Source: Paramecium tetraurelia
Lineage: Eukaryota
Assembly: GCA_000165425.1 (NCBI GenBank)
Contig: CT868230.1
Location: 124,001 to 188,000 of the forward strand
Reading direction: 5' to 3'
DNA length: 64,000 bases
A program made the translations under genes and the position numbers. The notes under the pieces were generated by a model. It saw only the letters and a list, made by a program, of their open reading frames with translations, made no database searches and had not been told where the DNA came from. Below, piece by piece: positions 1 to 13,989 of this stretch (positions are counted from its first letter, which is position 1; each line of letters starts with the position of its first letter).

Positions 1-148
1 TGAAATTATATTTAAATATCTGAAAAGGATTTGAAGGAACTACAGAAACAGAACTTAGGATTGATTTATTTAGTAATTATAATTATTCCAATTATATTAA
101 ACTAACTTTTATAGAGCATTTCATTTAATTATTGAAGATATTAATATT

Positions 149-494
149 ATGAATAAATTTTTAATTACATTAGCAAGAATTCCAAAGTGTCAACCAAGAT
201 TTGGATTCGCTGACATTTTGAAGGACAAAGATAAAGGAGATGAGAAAGTATTTTTCACAAGAGAAGATTGTATACTATCAACATAATTAATTAGAAAAGT
301 TGATGTAAAAATTACTCAAGAAAATGAAAGAAAATAATGAAAAGCCTAAATCATCAGGAAGCAATGATAAAGAGGACAAGGAAGATTTGCAAGTATTGAT
401 ATGAAATTAATTATAGAAAATATTTTCCAGATATAAGATTAATTATACTGATGCATTGGTTGAGGAAGTCTTAAATTGGAAGAGAGGAGATTGA
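149..494 (+). CDS. Mitochondrial ATPase inhibitor IF1-like small protein (~98 aa, 2 introns)
   Basis: Code-6 translation MNKFLITLARIPKCQPRFGFADILKDKDKGDEKVFFTREDQKLMQKLLKK...LQKIFSRYKINYTDALVEEVLNWKRGD*: presequence-like N-terminus and IF1-like E-x-x-F-F-x-x-x-D-x-x-L pattern; two ~25-nt GT..AG introns. Confidence 0.6.
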
Positions 495-566
495 TATATA
501 ATAAAAATATAAATAAAAAGAAGAATTATCATCATTTTTGTATCTAAATATTGAAGATTGAAAATT

Positions 567-1259
567 ATGTTTTAACATCAATTTCCACATCTCTTTGATT
601 GGAGAGTCAAAATTGAAAATATTTCTAACTATTATGATTTATTTAAAATAACAATGCTCTCATATCTGATATTTAAATATTTTTATAAGTTATAATTATT
701 ATGCTTAAGTGTGATCCATTGTTTGCGTTGATGAACCTTTCATTAAAATTGATTCCTAAATGAACTACTTTTCAGAATTAGAAAAGAATTAAACAAATAA
801 ATGTAATAAACTAGATATCAACGTAATTATTTAACAGTTCAAATATTATCTATATATTCAAACTATAACTAGAAACTTGAATTAAAATGCGATACAATAT
901 ATTAATAAATTCAAGCAGAAGGAAAGCTACATTATTATTGTATTAAATTAAAAGAGAGAGAGAGTATACGCATATGTAATCTAAGATTAAAGAAGTTATT
1001 TTATTATTTCAGATTTAGAATATTATAACTTGAGATAATAGAAATAACTAGATCGATTGCTTGTATTTTAAATTCATTAAGCAAGTTAAAAGAGTATATT
1101 TAGATTTCTACTTGTATAGATCATCTATATGTAAAAGTAAGCCAACTGAAAATAATTGTCAATAAAATTCTATCAACAAATCTTAATTCTTTAATGCATG
1201 TAAATAATATATGGACTTGTTTAACATATTTATAAAATAAAAGATATTTTGATACATGA
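567..1259 (+). CDS. Hypothetical protein
   Basis: Long TGA-free frame in code 6 from ~728 to TGA at ~1257; 5' exon structure uncertain; no motif recognised. Confidence 0.3.
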
Positions 1260-1798
1260 ATTTTTAGATTCAATTTATAAATCTCGATTAAAAATTTTTA
1301 TTCTTTTACTTGCATTAAACAGTGTTTCTTCAACTTATATTTAATTTATAACTATAAACAATTTAAATTCTCAAAATTTCTTAAAATTTTTATTCCTTCA
1401 TGAAAGTTATGTAATTCCTAAGATCTTTTGATTAAAATCAATAAGCGCCTTAAATTTTCATCTATTCAGTGATAAAATAACCAGACTGACCCTAAAGTAA
1501 AATAGGCTTGCGGATAGGATATTTAATTGATTTCTATTAACTTAATAAGTAAACATCATAATTATTGATTCTTTAAACAATTATGTTCCATTTGTGATGA
1601 TATTTGTTCGGCGACAACAAAACCGCACATTGCTATTAAATTTGGTTAAGTCAAAGCAAATAATTTCGATTTATAAGATCAAAGTTAGTCGATCTACTAT
1701 TTAAAAAGTAAAAGAATGTGATAACGTAGTGATATACAAAATCAGTTAGGGCTAATCATTTTGATTAAATATTTCACCAAGATCAATATCTATTAATT

Positions 1799-3789
1799 AT
1801 GTATTAATAATAATTATAATAGGAGAGCATTGAATTAGGTAATAAACGAAACTAGACGAGACTACTTGAGTCAATAAATGATCTTAGTTTGCAACAGAAA
1901 TAACAGCTCTTGATAAATATTTTACAAATCCCAAGACAAGAGAGAAAGGCAGAGATTTTATAGTTAATGAGAATCATAGTAATGAAAGTGGATTTTTTCC
2001 ATCAATTTTAAGTGGAGAATATTGATAATGAGGCGTATGATTATTGTTTGAGGCATCTGACATTTGAAGCCTTTTCCAAAGTATGAATCTCATTTACTAT
2101 GGTTTTTTAGAATACAGTTATATTTGAGAAGGGTGATTACCCTCACAATATGTATGTAGTATTGCGTGGATAAGTGTCCATATACTAGAATGATTATTAG
2201 TTGGATTAAAAAATGACAAAAAAGCATTCATTACCCGTAGATTAGGCTAGAGAATGCTCACCTACCAATAGAACCAAGTTTTCTGATTTTACGATGAAAA
2301 GGTATATAGACATATATCGTTAACTAGTTTGGTTCGTTTGACAGAATTCAAAGATTGGAAGACTTTTGGTGAGTAAGCAATTTTAGATTAGAGAATGAGA
2401 ACTAATTTTGCAGTTTGTGATGTTGATTCAACTTTGGCAATCTTGAGCAAAGAGAATTATACAATTGCTGTATAAATCTTGGAGAAGAAAAAAGAACTGT
2501 ATCGTATGAATAATTTTAAGTTGAATCCTAGTTTTTAAGGTTTAAATAGGAAATTAATCAATATAATGCTCTTTACCTATTAGTCATCAGATTACAAATT
2601 TAGAGATATAGTTTATAAGTAGGGTTAGACTGACTCTGATATAATATACATTATCAAATAAGGAGAATTCTTAGTGTATTAGGATTAAAGGTTGAATGAG
2701 TACCAGCAGATGAAAGTGAGAAAACAAATTGCAATAATGACAACAGGGGAAATATTCGGAGATTACGAAGCATTCGAAAGAATCACACGACAGTTTAATG
2801 TTTAGTGTAATTCTCACACTGGAAGCCTAATCATTATTCCCTTATAATCATTATCATAGAAGTTATCACAATTTAATGAATAACACTACATATAATAATT
2901 AAAATCTTTATGTTTGAAAAAGAACAAATGGTATCATGATTTCAAAACTAATATAGAACAGACTCAAGGGAAATATTCGCATTTCTTTACTATATAAGAG
3001 TAGAAATCTAATAATGCCAATGGATCATCTAATTTTTTAGATTCACCTAGTAAAATTATTAATGATAATAAACAATTCAATGATGCATCAAAATCAATAA
3101 GCCCTATACAAGAATTAAAAAATACTTTGAATTATCTGACATCAATAGATGATCAAACAAGTGAACAATTAACAGAAATAAATCAAAGCATTAATCTTTA
3201 AAAAATAAAAAATAAAAATACTATATATGTTGTATCTCCAGATAAATTGTAACCATTACCTAAAGTGTAATTAGTTTCTAGTAGATAAAAAGAGAGAAGC
3301 TAGTTATCAACGCCAGATCGATTCAAATAGGTTATCAAACATAAAATGACAATTTTAAAAAGAATGCACAATCTTTCACCTGAGGACTCTGTAAATATGA
3401 ACACTTTGTAACAGAAGACTATTTATGTCCAATTACCAAAATAAGTGAAGTTGGAATAAAACATTGAGAAGCATTGGCCAATCAAGGCTACACTTTATTT
3501 GAATGATTTGGATAATCGGATTAGATATCATAGCAATAATTAAAAGATGTAGAATTGCAACAGCAGCAGAGACTCCAGTGTGGTTTATGAACAATTTAGC
3601 ATGAGAATGGATGGGAGTGAGTAAAATTCACAAAGGACTAGCAGAATGGGAATATTGAATAACATACTATAACACTCAGTAACAAAGAGAGGCAAGAACA
3701 AAAAGAAAAGAGCTTTGACTTTAAAATATAGGGAGTACTTGGAGTCACAATTCTAAGAAAAAACTTAAAACTCTTTGCATTATTCTTGA
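1799..3789 (+). CDS. Cyclic nucleotide-binding domain protein
   Basis: VIFEKGDYPHNMYVVLRGQV, KTFGEQAILDQRMRT, second domain IVYKQG..IYIIKQGEF and GEIFGD; tiny introns. Confidence 0.8.
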
Positions 3790-3797
3790 TGATTGTA

Positions 3798-6463
3798 TCA
3801 TGATTCATTTTAAATAATTGATGATATAACGTTTGCTTTTTTTTCTGCTATTTCCTTTCTGGTCTTAATATTAATTAAAGCACTAACTGGTCTATGATCA
3901 CTATAAGTGACATTATGAGATTTGTAATATTGATATGAGTGTTCGCAATGTTCATTCTATGCCACTAAGATTCTGTCATTCCAAGATGGGGTTCTTGATT
4001 CATCATATCTTTCTGAAAAGGGATCAAATTTATACGTAGGGAGAAAGTTAATATCAGACTCTTAGTACTAATTTAAATATTAATTTTCTTCTCTATTGAT
4101 TTTAATTTCATCATATTTTTTCAAAGTTCTAATGTTAAATTAATAATATACTAAAATATTTCCTTGGCTTCTGCCATCTGATTTCTTTCTACAAACTATT
4201 AGTATCTTTTAATGGATGTGATAACCTTGTCTTTTTCAAGGTTGATTCTGAAATTTAGATTTCCAAGTAAGATTCGATAATCACATTATTCAATTTTCTC
4301 TTCTTTCTTCTTTCCTATCCCTGTTTGATTAAATAGAGTTTGATGAATGTCATTGAGATTCTACAATCTTGTATCCAGACTTTTCTCTCCATATTCCAAA
4401 TTACAATTAATAAAACATACCAAAGTATCATCAATAAACATTTTAATTGCTACAGCACCTTTGTTTGTAAAAGGATTGCCCCACATACTAAGTTTGATTT
4501 TATCATAACTAACTTTTGTGATTCTGTCTTGAAATCTCTCCTTAGCATAAATAAACAAACCTATTCCTTATAATTCCTTGGATTTAATATAGATATACTT
4601 ATCCCTCTATCTTAGATTATTGGCAATCAACTTATCCCAATTTTTTAGATACTAAGATGATCCACCCACCAGTCCAGTTGCAGAATTAACCATTTCTTGT
4701 AATCCAATTACAATAATGTCAGCTTAGTAATCAAGAATCTATCTATTTAGATCATACTACTATTGAACAGTTTCTCCTCCCACATTCCAAGTTGCCACCA
4801 GAATCGTGCGTTCAGAAAAGCTGCAGAACTCCTAACATCTTGATTTTAACTTTTCTACTATCTATTTACTGTATGAGGCAGTAATATCAGCATGATTGCC
4901 CAATAAAATATCTATTGCCTCTTATTTAAAATTATCCCAAATAGTCGACTCACCTACTCTCCCTATTGTTTTTTTTCCATGATCTAAAATACCATCGAGA
5001 TCTCTCTTTCCAGTTCTTGTAATATTGGTATGAGTTGATCCAGTACCTGTATATTGATTTGACAACATGTCGCCATTGTCAGCCCAAATGTTCTTGAAAT
5101 ACTAAACAAAATAATTTGTAATATGGCTTGAATTTTCATCTAAGGCTTCGATGGGTGACATTTTTAACAAGTTTTAGAAATCCACTCCTAATTTTTTAAT
5201 TTATATATCAAAAACACTCATGGCTATCTTGGTCTATATGAAATTGGTTCTATCAAGACAGTCCATACAATTAGTCCTAAAGATTCCATGTTGAACAGAC
5301 ACTACTTTTTTTGTTTTTAATTCTACCAAAAAGAATCCAAAGTTTTAGATATGATCCATCAATTTCCTTATCAATGGATTAGATAATGAGAAATCATTGT
5401 TTTTACATTCATGATGAAAGTCAAACCACTCATATTTGATATTTTCATTTAATTCAGTAGAATTTGCTTTTATTTGTTCTTCAAATCCTTGTGTAACCAT
5501 CTACTCGTCCTTTTTCTTTTTAGCCATTAAATTCAAACAAATAACCCTTGAATAATCTTCAAAAAGACTTGCGAAATGTTTCTTAAATGCCCTTTTGGTT
5601 AATTCTGCTGATCTCATTATTTTAGTCTCAATCAACCATCCTCTTTGACTCCAAAATATAGGAACACTCCCTCTCACTTAAAGATGAGAACAGCAATGAT
5701 TATTATAATATATGATCTATTCTGTTTCCACAAAGTTAGCAACATTGCCATCGTCATCTATACCTCTGGCGTTATACCTGGTACCTGCTCTTTGACTTGA
5801 TCTCCTGCTCATCAAATAGAAATCTAGTTTTTTTCCATTGATGTACAAATAAAAATAATTTATGAATCCTTGTATGATAGTAGTCAACCATTTTCTATCA
5901 ATTTATTATTTAAGATGATTTTTAATCAAATTCAGATTCCACAAGAACCTCTCATCAGTCTTCTCCTCAATATGTTGCTTTACTTTTGATAATGTCAAAT
6001 CATATCCATAAGAAAAATAGAAACCCATAACCAATAATTTCCTTAGCTCTGCAATCGTTTTCAAAATCGTATTAGCCTTAGCAGATTACATTATATTCGG
6101 CATATATGATAAGAATGAGACCGAAGCAATCTAAAATATATCTTATTCGTCTATTGTACAAATTAATTCTGCTTCATCTACAAATAATAAGAAAGGTTCA
6201 TTTAGAATATAAATTGTGCCTAAGAAAGCAGAAAAAGCCATTTATTCGTGTTTGCTCTATGGTGGTGCTCCAGCTACATATATACTCAAACAAAATACAT
6301 TTTTCATACAGATTTCCATTGTCCCTATCAATAATCAAATGTTTATCCAGTGTTATGGCTTTCTGATTTGTCTCTATTATATATTGCTTAGGATATAAAT
6401 GAACTTTGAATATTTGCGTATTTTGCTTCTTAGTTGAATTAGTTTAAGCGTTTTTACTATCAT
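3798..6463 (-). CDS. Synaptojanin-like protein: Sac1 phosphatase plus inositol 5-phosphatase domain
   Basis: [46 protein letters not shown] (CX5R); then [36 protein letters not shown]. Confidence 0.9.
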
Positions 6464-6504
6464 TGTTGATAGTTAAAGATGTGAATAATTACATTATTTT
6501 ATAA

Positions 6505-9500
6505 TCAATTTAATAATTCCTATAATTGGAGTAATGAGGATCTACTTGAGTATTCTTGTGTCGCTCCTATATAGAATGCCTCAGGACAATTCTCTACTAA
6601 TTCCTTTCCTATGATACCCAAAGAATAGATATCTATTTTATCTTATTCAATGTCATTTGCTGGGTAATATTTAGTCGTCAGTCCCTTTCCTCTTAGCCAT
6701 TGTTACAAGTTAGGTTCCCAATAATAAGAACAGTCGAAATCGATTATAACAGGATTCCCATTCTTCATTAAAATATTGTTAGGCTTTAGATCTCTATGAA
6801 AAATCATATTTTAATTGAGTATTTAAATCGATAGAGTCAAATCTTTTAATTATTAGATATCCATTTTAACCATAGGTTCATAATAAGGGAAGATCAAATA
6901 AAATTTTAAGCTACTTGCATAAGATTAGCTGATGTTTATTTGATATTACAAGGAAATTAACTGAGCAAATCCTCGATAATTACATTTGTTTACAAGTACC
7001 TATGCTAAAATTTCAATTAATAAATCTTTGAGTTTATTCTTCATTTTTTCAAATTGCATCTCCGTTATTTGTTTTGTTTTCATTACAATTGTCTCATTAT
7101 CATTACTGAAAACAGTCACATCTGGAGTTATCTCTTTGTAATTTGTATATTTGTCCTAAAAGCTCTGCTAATTCAATTATTAAACATTCGCAAATTCTTA
7201 CTCTATTCTGTCTATTAAGTCAACAATTTCTTAATCCATGAGGAAATACTTTAATTACCATAACGTATAATAGACAGAATCTTGAACTAAGGAATTGCTT
7301 CTAGAAATCTGAGATAAAGCCTGAGATTCTACTAAATAATTCATACTCCTTCTAGATTCTGCTTAAAAGGACTATCTCTGATATTCCATATAGTATGAAG
7401 TTCTTCGACTCTATGTAGATTATAATCTATCAAAATCAATTTATTTGAAAATGTCACCAATATTTTCTCGTAGATTTGAATTGCCTATTTCCAAATCTTC
7501 TCTTGATTATTAGACTACTTTTAATAGATGAGCAGTACACAAATCCTTAAAAGCAGGATTGCATGAAGCTCTCTTCAAATACTCTACTCCTTCTCTGTAT
7601 CTCCTATCTTTCAAATATCGAACACCAATTGAGTATTATATTTCTGCATAATCAGAAGTAGGTAAGCACTATTCCTAAAACGGTTCTTCTCGACTGTATC
7701 GTATTAAGGATTTACAATTATCCACTATCTTTTTAAAGAGTTGGCCTTCCTGAACAGTATATTTTTTTTTATTATCTTGTTTTGATTTTTCGAATTAAAC
7801 TAAACGATTCATACTTAAATCTTGCATTGAAATATACTGATAAACATAACTTAGTAGCAAATTCTCAATGCAGTCTTATGAGAATTAGAATTGTTCAATT
7901 ACACTTTGTAAAGTAATATACAATCTGCAATCTATATTTTACAAAAATCTTTCCATGATTTCCTACTTTTCATAATAGTGTTTGGTGGTCATTTAATCAT
8001 TTCTCATGTGACATACCAGGATTAAATAGAATTGTAGAATAGAGAAATAGGAATTCAGTTTGAATTCAAATTCTATCTTCTATTTTAGAATAACTTTTTG
8101 TATGTCTTTATCTTTTAATTCTATAACATTTGCCAATTGTTTAATGTCATCATTTGGAATTTAAATATTGTTCAGATTACTTCTGACTACTTTATATAGA
8201 TTTTTTAAAAACAATTCACATTTTCTATATTTATAAGTCTCATTAAATTATTTAGCATCTTACAAATACTGATTACAAAAATTAGTGAAAATACTAATGT
8301 GATATGGCATACTGCTACCATCAGTTAATAATTCATTAACCATTTCAACTGCCTTAACTGACTTTTATAAGTACAATGATAAAATCATTATTTTATACTT
8401 TATTTTGTAACAGAATAGTCTTGAATCCTTAATTTCTATGTACAAATTCTTATAATTCAATTGCTTGGACTTTTCATATGCTTTTAAATACAATTAATAG
8501 GCTTCATTGAATTAACCCAAATAAAGACATATCTTGGCGATTTGATAGTATAAATAGGGAAGATAGCAATTAAAATTGAATTGCTTTTAAAATACTATTG
8601 AGACTTTTCTAAAGAAACTATAAATGACGAGGGACAACCAATATTCCTTGAACCTTTTTAAATGTTTCCCTAGCTTAAGTAAACAAATGATGTATGAATC
8701 GTCATATTATTTATTAAGAAAGAAAATAAGGCTAGTAATATGAGAAAGACGTTATTCTCCATTTAATTTAACAAAATATATTTCCCAAAGCTTCTCAGTA
8801 TTGATTAATCCAGTAAACAAAATGGCTCCTATTTGGTTGATGTGAGTAGTATCTTATAGGTATGTCTGATATGTTTTAGTATGTATAGCATCTTCAGTAA
8901 TAGTCCTACTTAAACAGGCTAATTAAACCTAGCATCTATGCAGTTTCTTTTTTCTTTCGAGTACTAATTGGAATGAATTCTCATGGATTGTTTATGCAGG
9001 AAATTAAAGATTTTCAATTCCCTAGAGTATGGATTAGCAATTTCTAAGCAGAAACGATTTAACATTGGGATTTTCGATGGTTTCCAATTTTTGATAGCAC
9101 GACTTTATTATGTTAAGAACCTCTTCGCATACATCATTAAAATATTTGTTATGAAATCTGTAATATTCAGGTATCTGCCTTTTAAATATGTTGCGAGTAA
9201 ACTAATTGATCTTCTCAAACATTTAAAAATGTTCATTTGCTATTTGTTATTAGTTTTAGATCAAAAATTAGCAACCTTAGATAAAAAAATCAAATCCATA
9301 GAGAACATCCATCTCAACAGGAAATGCTTAATTATAAAAGTCATAGTGGTGAAACTGAAGATTTGAAATTCCTTAGTGTTTCATCATAAATTTTTCATCC
9401 TCATTCGTGAATTTCGAAACATATATGATAGGATTGAGTACATATTCTAAAAAACTAAAAGATAGATTAGAATCTGCAAAATCAATATTGTTGATAGTCT

Positions 9501-9552
9501 GTATATACTGTGATTAGTCGCATATTGGACAGAGAGAGTGAAATTATTACAT
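6505..9552 (-). CDS. Large protein with divergent C-terminal protein kinase-like domain
   Basis: Long code-6 ORF; C-terminal FHRDLKPNNILMKNGNPVIIDFD, DKIDIYSLG. Confidence 0.7.
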
Positions 9553-10965
9553 TTATTTATATTAATAGTGACTTAAAATTAAAACACATTACCTATGAAA
9601 GAAAATATAATCATTTTTATGTAAGTTGAAAAGAGATTCTATTTTTTTAGATGATTTCCTTATCTTGACTTTCTTAATTGACTTACTATTCAATTAGATG
9701 AATCAATGCCTCTTGATCCATTTAACTCAATCGCAAATCTTCATTCTCCTTAACCAAACTCTTATCCCTTTTCCAGAAAGAAACTCTGAATAATAAAAAA
9801 GAATTATGATTATGTTATAATTAAAATATGAGGGTATCTAATAGGTAAAATTGTATTCAGAAGATTAATTAAATAAATACTTTACCAAAATATGGCAGAT
9901 TTCTCTTTAAATTATTCAAGAATAACCAATTCTTATTTGATGGAAGAGTGATACTATATGTTCATATTTCTTTTAGAGAATCTGTATCCTGCAAAAGGAT
10001 GATGAATTATGCAAACTAGATTACATTTCACCTATGTTTGGTTTCTATTTTGTAAATTTATAGCATCCAAAGCAATTTTTAATTTATTGTTATTCTCAAT
10101 TTAGAAATAATTAAAGTAAAAGTAATTTTCATATTAAATTATTTTGTACTCATTCTTGTAATCGCAAATTTATTTATGAAATCTCACGTTATTTATTTAA
10201 TTAATTATCTATCGCTGGGTTTTTAAGAGCATCTTTCTTTAATAATAATTAGTTTTTTAATCAAGGATTTAATAAAAATGGATATAGTATTTCTTCAAAA
10301 TGATGGATTTTAATGTTGCTAATAATAATATTTCTAAAGTAATTAGATTTTGCATTTTTTACAAATTTAATAACCTCATTTTCAAAATATCCTTGAATTC
10401 AATATATCTTAGTTATAGATTTTACCTTCTTCATATTGTAATCTTTCCTTATTCTTTTATTTAAAAGTATGAAGAATAATAGTTTTATATTTTTTATCCA
10501 TTCACACAAAATGTATAAATATATATATTAAAATTAAATCTACAGTCATTATTTGGATTTAAATTAGAAACATTTTTTTGAAAATTCTGATTTGAAGTAG
10601 AACTAGCGCTATCTTTCTTAATAGTCTGGATATAAGAATAATAGTAAATAGTAGTGTTAAATTACATCAATTTATTTGTAAAGATAAGATTCCCTTGAAA
10701 CATCACTTTTACATTTTCAAATTTAATTTCTTTCTCTGTTCTTTGAAAATCAATCATATTCCAAATAGATTTATATTAAATATTAAAACATGAATATGGT
10801 TTTGGATTAACAAAATTATAAAAAATTAATACTGTTTTGGTTAAGTAAGAATAATTTACATGATAATTCCTTGCTAAATAGTATTATTACTATAGATTTC
10901 AAATAAACTTACTTATTTGTATCGATAATTATAATGCTATATTTAATTAATTATTTAATTTTAGA

Positions 10966-12435
10966 ATGAAAGGAAGGAAGCACTCTTAAAGCGGAAAAGT
11001 GAGCGTAAGTATAACAAATAAGCTAGGAAAGAAGCAGTAGAAGATAATTGGAAAATGAATAATTGGTCAATAAACCTGATTTTTTAAAAGCAGCAACTTT
11101 AGGATAAATATTTGTAGTTTGCACTTAATAATTGGGAGGATTAGAGGATGGTATTTGAAATTAGTAATATATAGGAAAAATAACTAAGTTACAATTTAGA
11201 AAGTTTTTGATGACAGAATAGATTTGTTTTGTTTTCAATTTAATGGGTTTGGGTTTGAGTGTTATGCAATATGATTTAGAATTTGAGGAAGAGGATGAGA
11301 ATGTAATAAGTATAAGATAGTAATTAGATATCCAATTGGTTATTGTGGATCATATTTATCTCTACATTGGCTTTATTAGTTTTAACAGTCTTACGTTATT
11401 AATAACATATGAATTGGTTGAAATCAAGAAAGTAAATTAGTTAAAATGATAAAATATGGTAAACAGAATAATGGTACCCAATGCTTATAGAATTGATAAT
11501 TTATTGTGTGGTTCCTTATCCTTTCACAATTGGGATGAGAGTGTACTTTTACAATAGTTTTCAAGATGCAACAGCCTACTATCATGTCAATGAAATTCTT
11601 GCTTTATTTATGATAACCAGAACTGTGTTTATCTTCAGAACTATTTTGGCATAGACATTTTGGTACAGCAACAGAACTCAAAGAGTTTGCAATCTTTATG
11701 CCTGTGAAGGCAATTATATGTTTGTGGCAAAATCTTTAATGAGAACTTCCCCATACACTTCATAATTCATAGCTCTTGTGTCTTTGATAGGCATCTTTGG
11801 ATATGGAGTAAGAATATGTGAGAACCCATTGGCTAGGAATGACCCTGCTAATAATAATTTAGGTAGATATGCAAATGCTTTATGGAATATCATCATTACA
11901 ATTACAACAGTGGGATATGGAGATTTCTATACAAGAACAGATTTAGGAAGATTTGTTATCTTTGTTGTTTGTATTTTGGGAATATTTGTTATTTCTGTTA
12001 TGGTGGTCACTCTTATCAACTCTTTGGTGATTTCAACTTTAGAATCCCATGCAATAACCGTATTAGAGAGAATTCAATTAAGATCTAATTTAACTAAATC
12101 AGCCTCATAGGTAGTGCTCTACTCACTCAAAATCCATGTTGCACTCAAGTACAACTATATCATTATTATTTAGAAAGGGAAATCTAAGTAAAGTCTAACT
12201 CAAAATATTGCTGATTAAATTAAGAAAGAATTTGAATGATTTCAAAATTGCTAGGAGAAAATACAGGAATAAACAAGATGTAGGCAACATGAATGAAGAA
12301 ATTACTAATTAATTTAGTTTATTAAAATCAGATTTTAGTGAAGTAATTGAAAAATAGAAAGGATTATTGTTATAAAATTAAGATATCATGAATAAATTAG
12401 GAGTAGAAGCCAAACCCTACATATCAAGTCCTTGA
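10966..12435 (+). CDS. Small-conductance Ca2+-activated K+ channel (SK/KCNN-like)
   Basis: Pore TITTVGYGD, ALWNIIIT, several TM helices, VRICENP, C-terminal helical region resembling a CaM-binding domain. Confidence 0.85.
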
Positions 12436-12468
12436 TTGTGATATATATATATAATCATTATTATTTCT

Positions 12469-13943
12469 ATGCAAAATAAAATATTCTTACAACTCCCAAC
12501 AATTTCATAAAACTATTTTTAATTACAATCCAAATTCTTAAACAAAAACAACAATCAAATTGAATTGCTCTGTTATGAAAATCAATTATATAGGAAGGTA
12601 TTTTCAAACTATATACTAAGTCGTAAAAATCCCTTAAATTTACAATTTTGAACAGCACTCTTAGATTCTCAATCAAACATGAACAGGCTTCCATCATCTT
12701 AAGATTAGAGAAAGATGAATGCAATTTTAAAGAATATGTATTTCTTGATAAAGCTGATCCTTGGGAAAAGAAATTAAAATCTAAAATACCTTAATTGGAT
12801 TATCAAACATATTATGAATTGGAAAAGTTAGTTGGAAATGGTAGTTTTGCTTCTGTGTACATAGCTAAGAAGAAATCAGATGGGTCCAAAGTTGCGATTA
12901 AGGCATTTCTTAAGAAAATGTTAATATAAAATAATCCTAATTCATGGAGAGTAGTATTTTCATTGTGATTTAGTTAACCATAGAAAATGAGATAAAGGTC
13001 ATGAAGTGTTTAGATCACCCAAGCCTCTTAAAGTTTTATGATCACTTTGAAAATAGAGCTTAATCCTATATTGTTATGAGTTTGGCAAGGGGAGGAACCC
13101 TAGAATAAGGATTAAAAAAATTAGAAGAGCCTTTGCCGTTTTTAAGTGTTAAAGTTATTTTTAGATAAATCGTAGATGCAATTAAATATCTACATGAACG
13201 AGGATTTATGCATAGAGATTTAAAGCCAAGCAATATTTTGTTAAAGAAACCAATGTCATTGAAGCAGTTTTCACTTGTAGCCTAATAAGATCCAAATATA
13301 GTTGTTAGTGATTTTGGGGTGAGTTCAGAAATAAAAGACGATATGGACATTGGAAATTATTGTGGTTCTATTGGATTCATGGCACCTGAAATAATTAGTT
13401 GTGAAGATGATAAGAACTTTACCTATAATGAAAAATGTGACATCTTTAGTCTTGGTTGCATTTTCTATAGATTGTAATTAATGAATATATGCTAGAATCA
13501 CTAATAAACCTTTGTTTAATGCATAAAATTAGATAGCTTTGAAATAGTTGAACAAGGAATGTCATTTTGATTGGATCAAAATTAGCGAAGAGTTGTATAA
13601 TAGTAAATAGTTGACACAATTATTGATGAAGATGTTGTCTGTAGATCCAACCAAAAGGCCTTCTTGTTCAGATATTCTCAAGGCCAAGATTTTAGAAGTA
13701 GAATATGATAATGAGGGATGTCCCTTATTTATCAATTACAAGAAGCCAAAATCTTAATCTATTTAATAAGCTAAAACCTCGAGACCTTCAATTAAATCGA
13801 TAAGTAACAACCGATTACCGTTTGTATCTCCTAATCTTTATTACAACATCCAAAACAACAGTAAACCTTCAAATGTAAGATCGGGTAATCTTCTATTACC
13901 TCCTATCAATAAGAAATTGCAAACAGAATAATGTTAATATTGA
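12469..13943 (+). CDS. Ser/Thr protein kinase (CAMK-like)
   Basis: [33 protein letters not shown]. Confidence 0.88.
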
Positions 13944-13989
13944 TGATACTCTATATTGTAACAAAATTTTCAACAATGAAAGTATAAAA

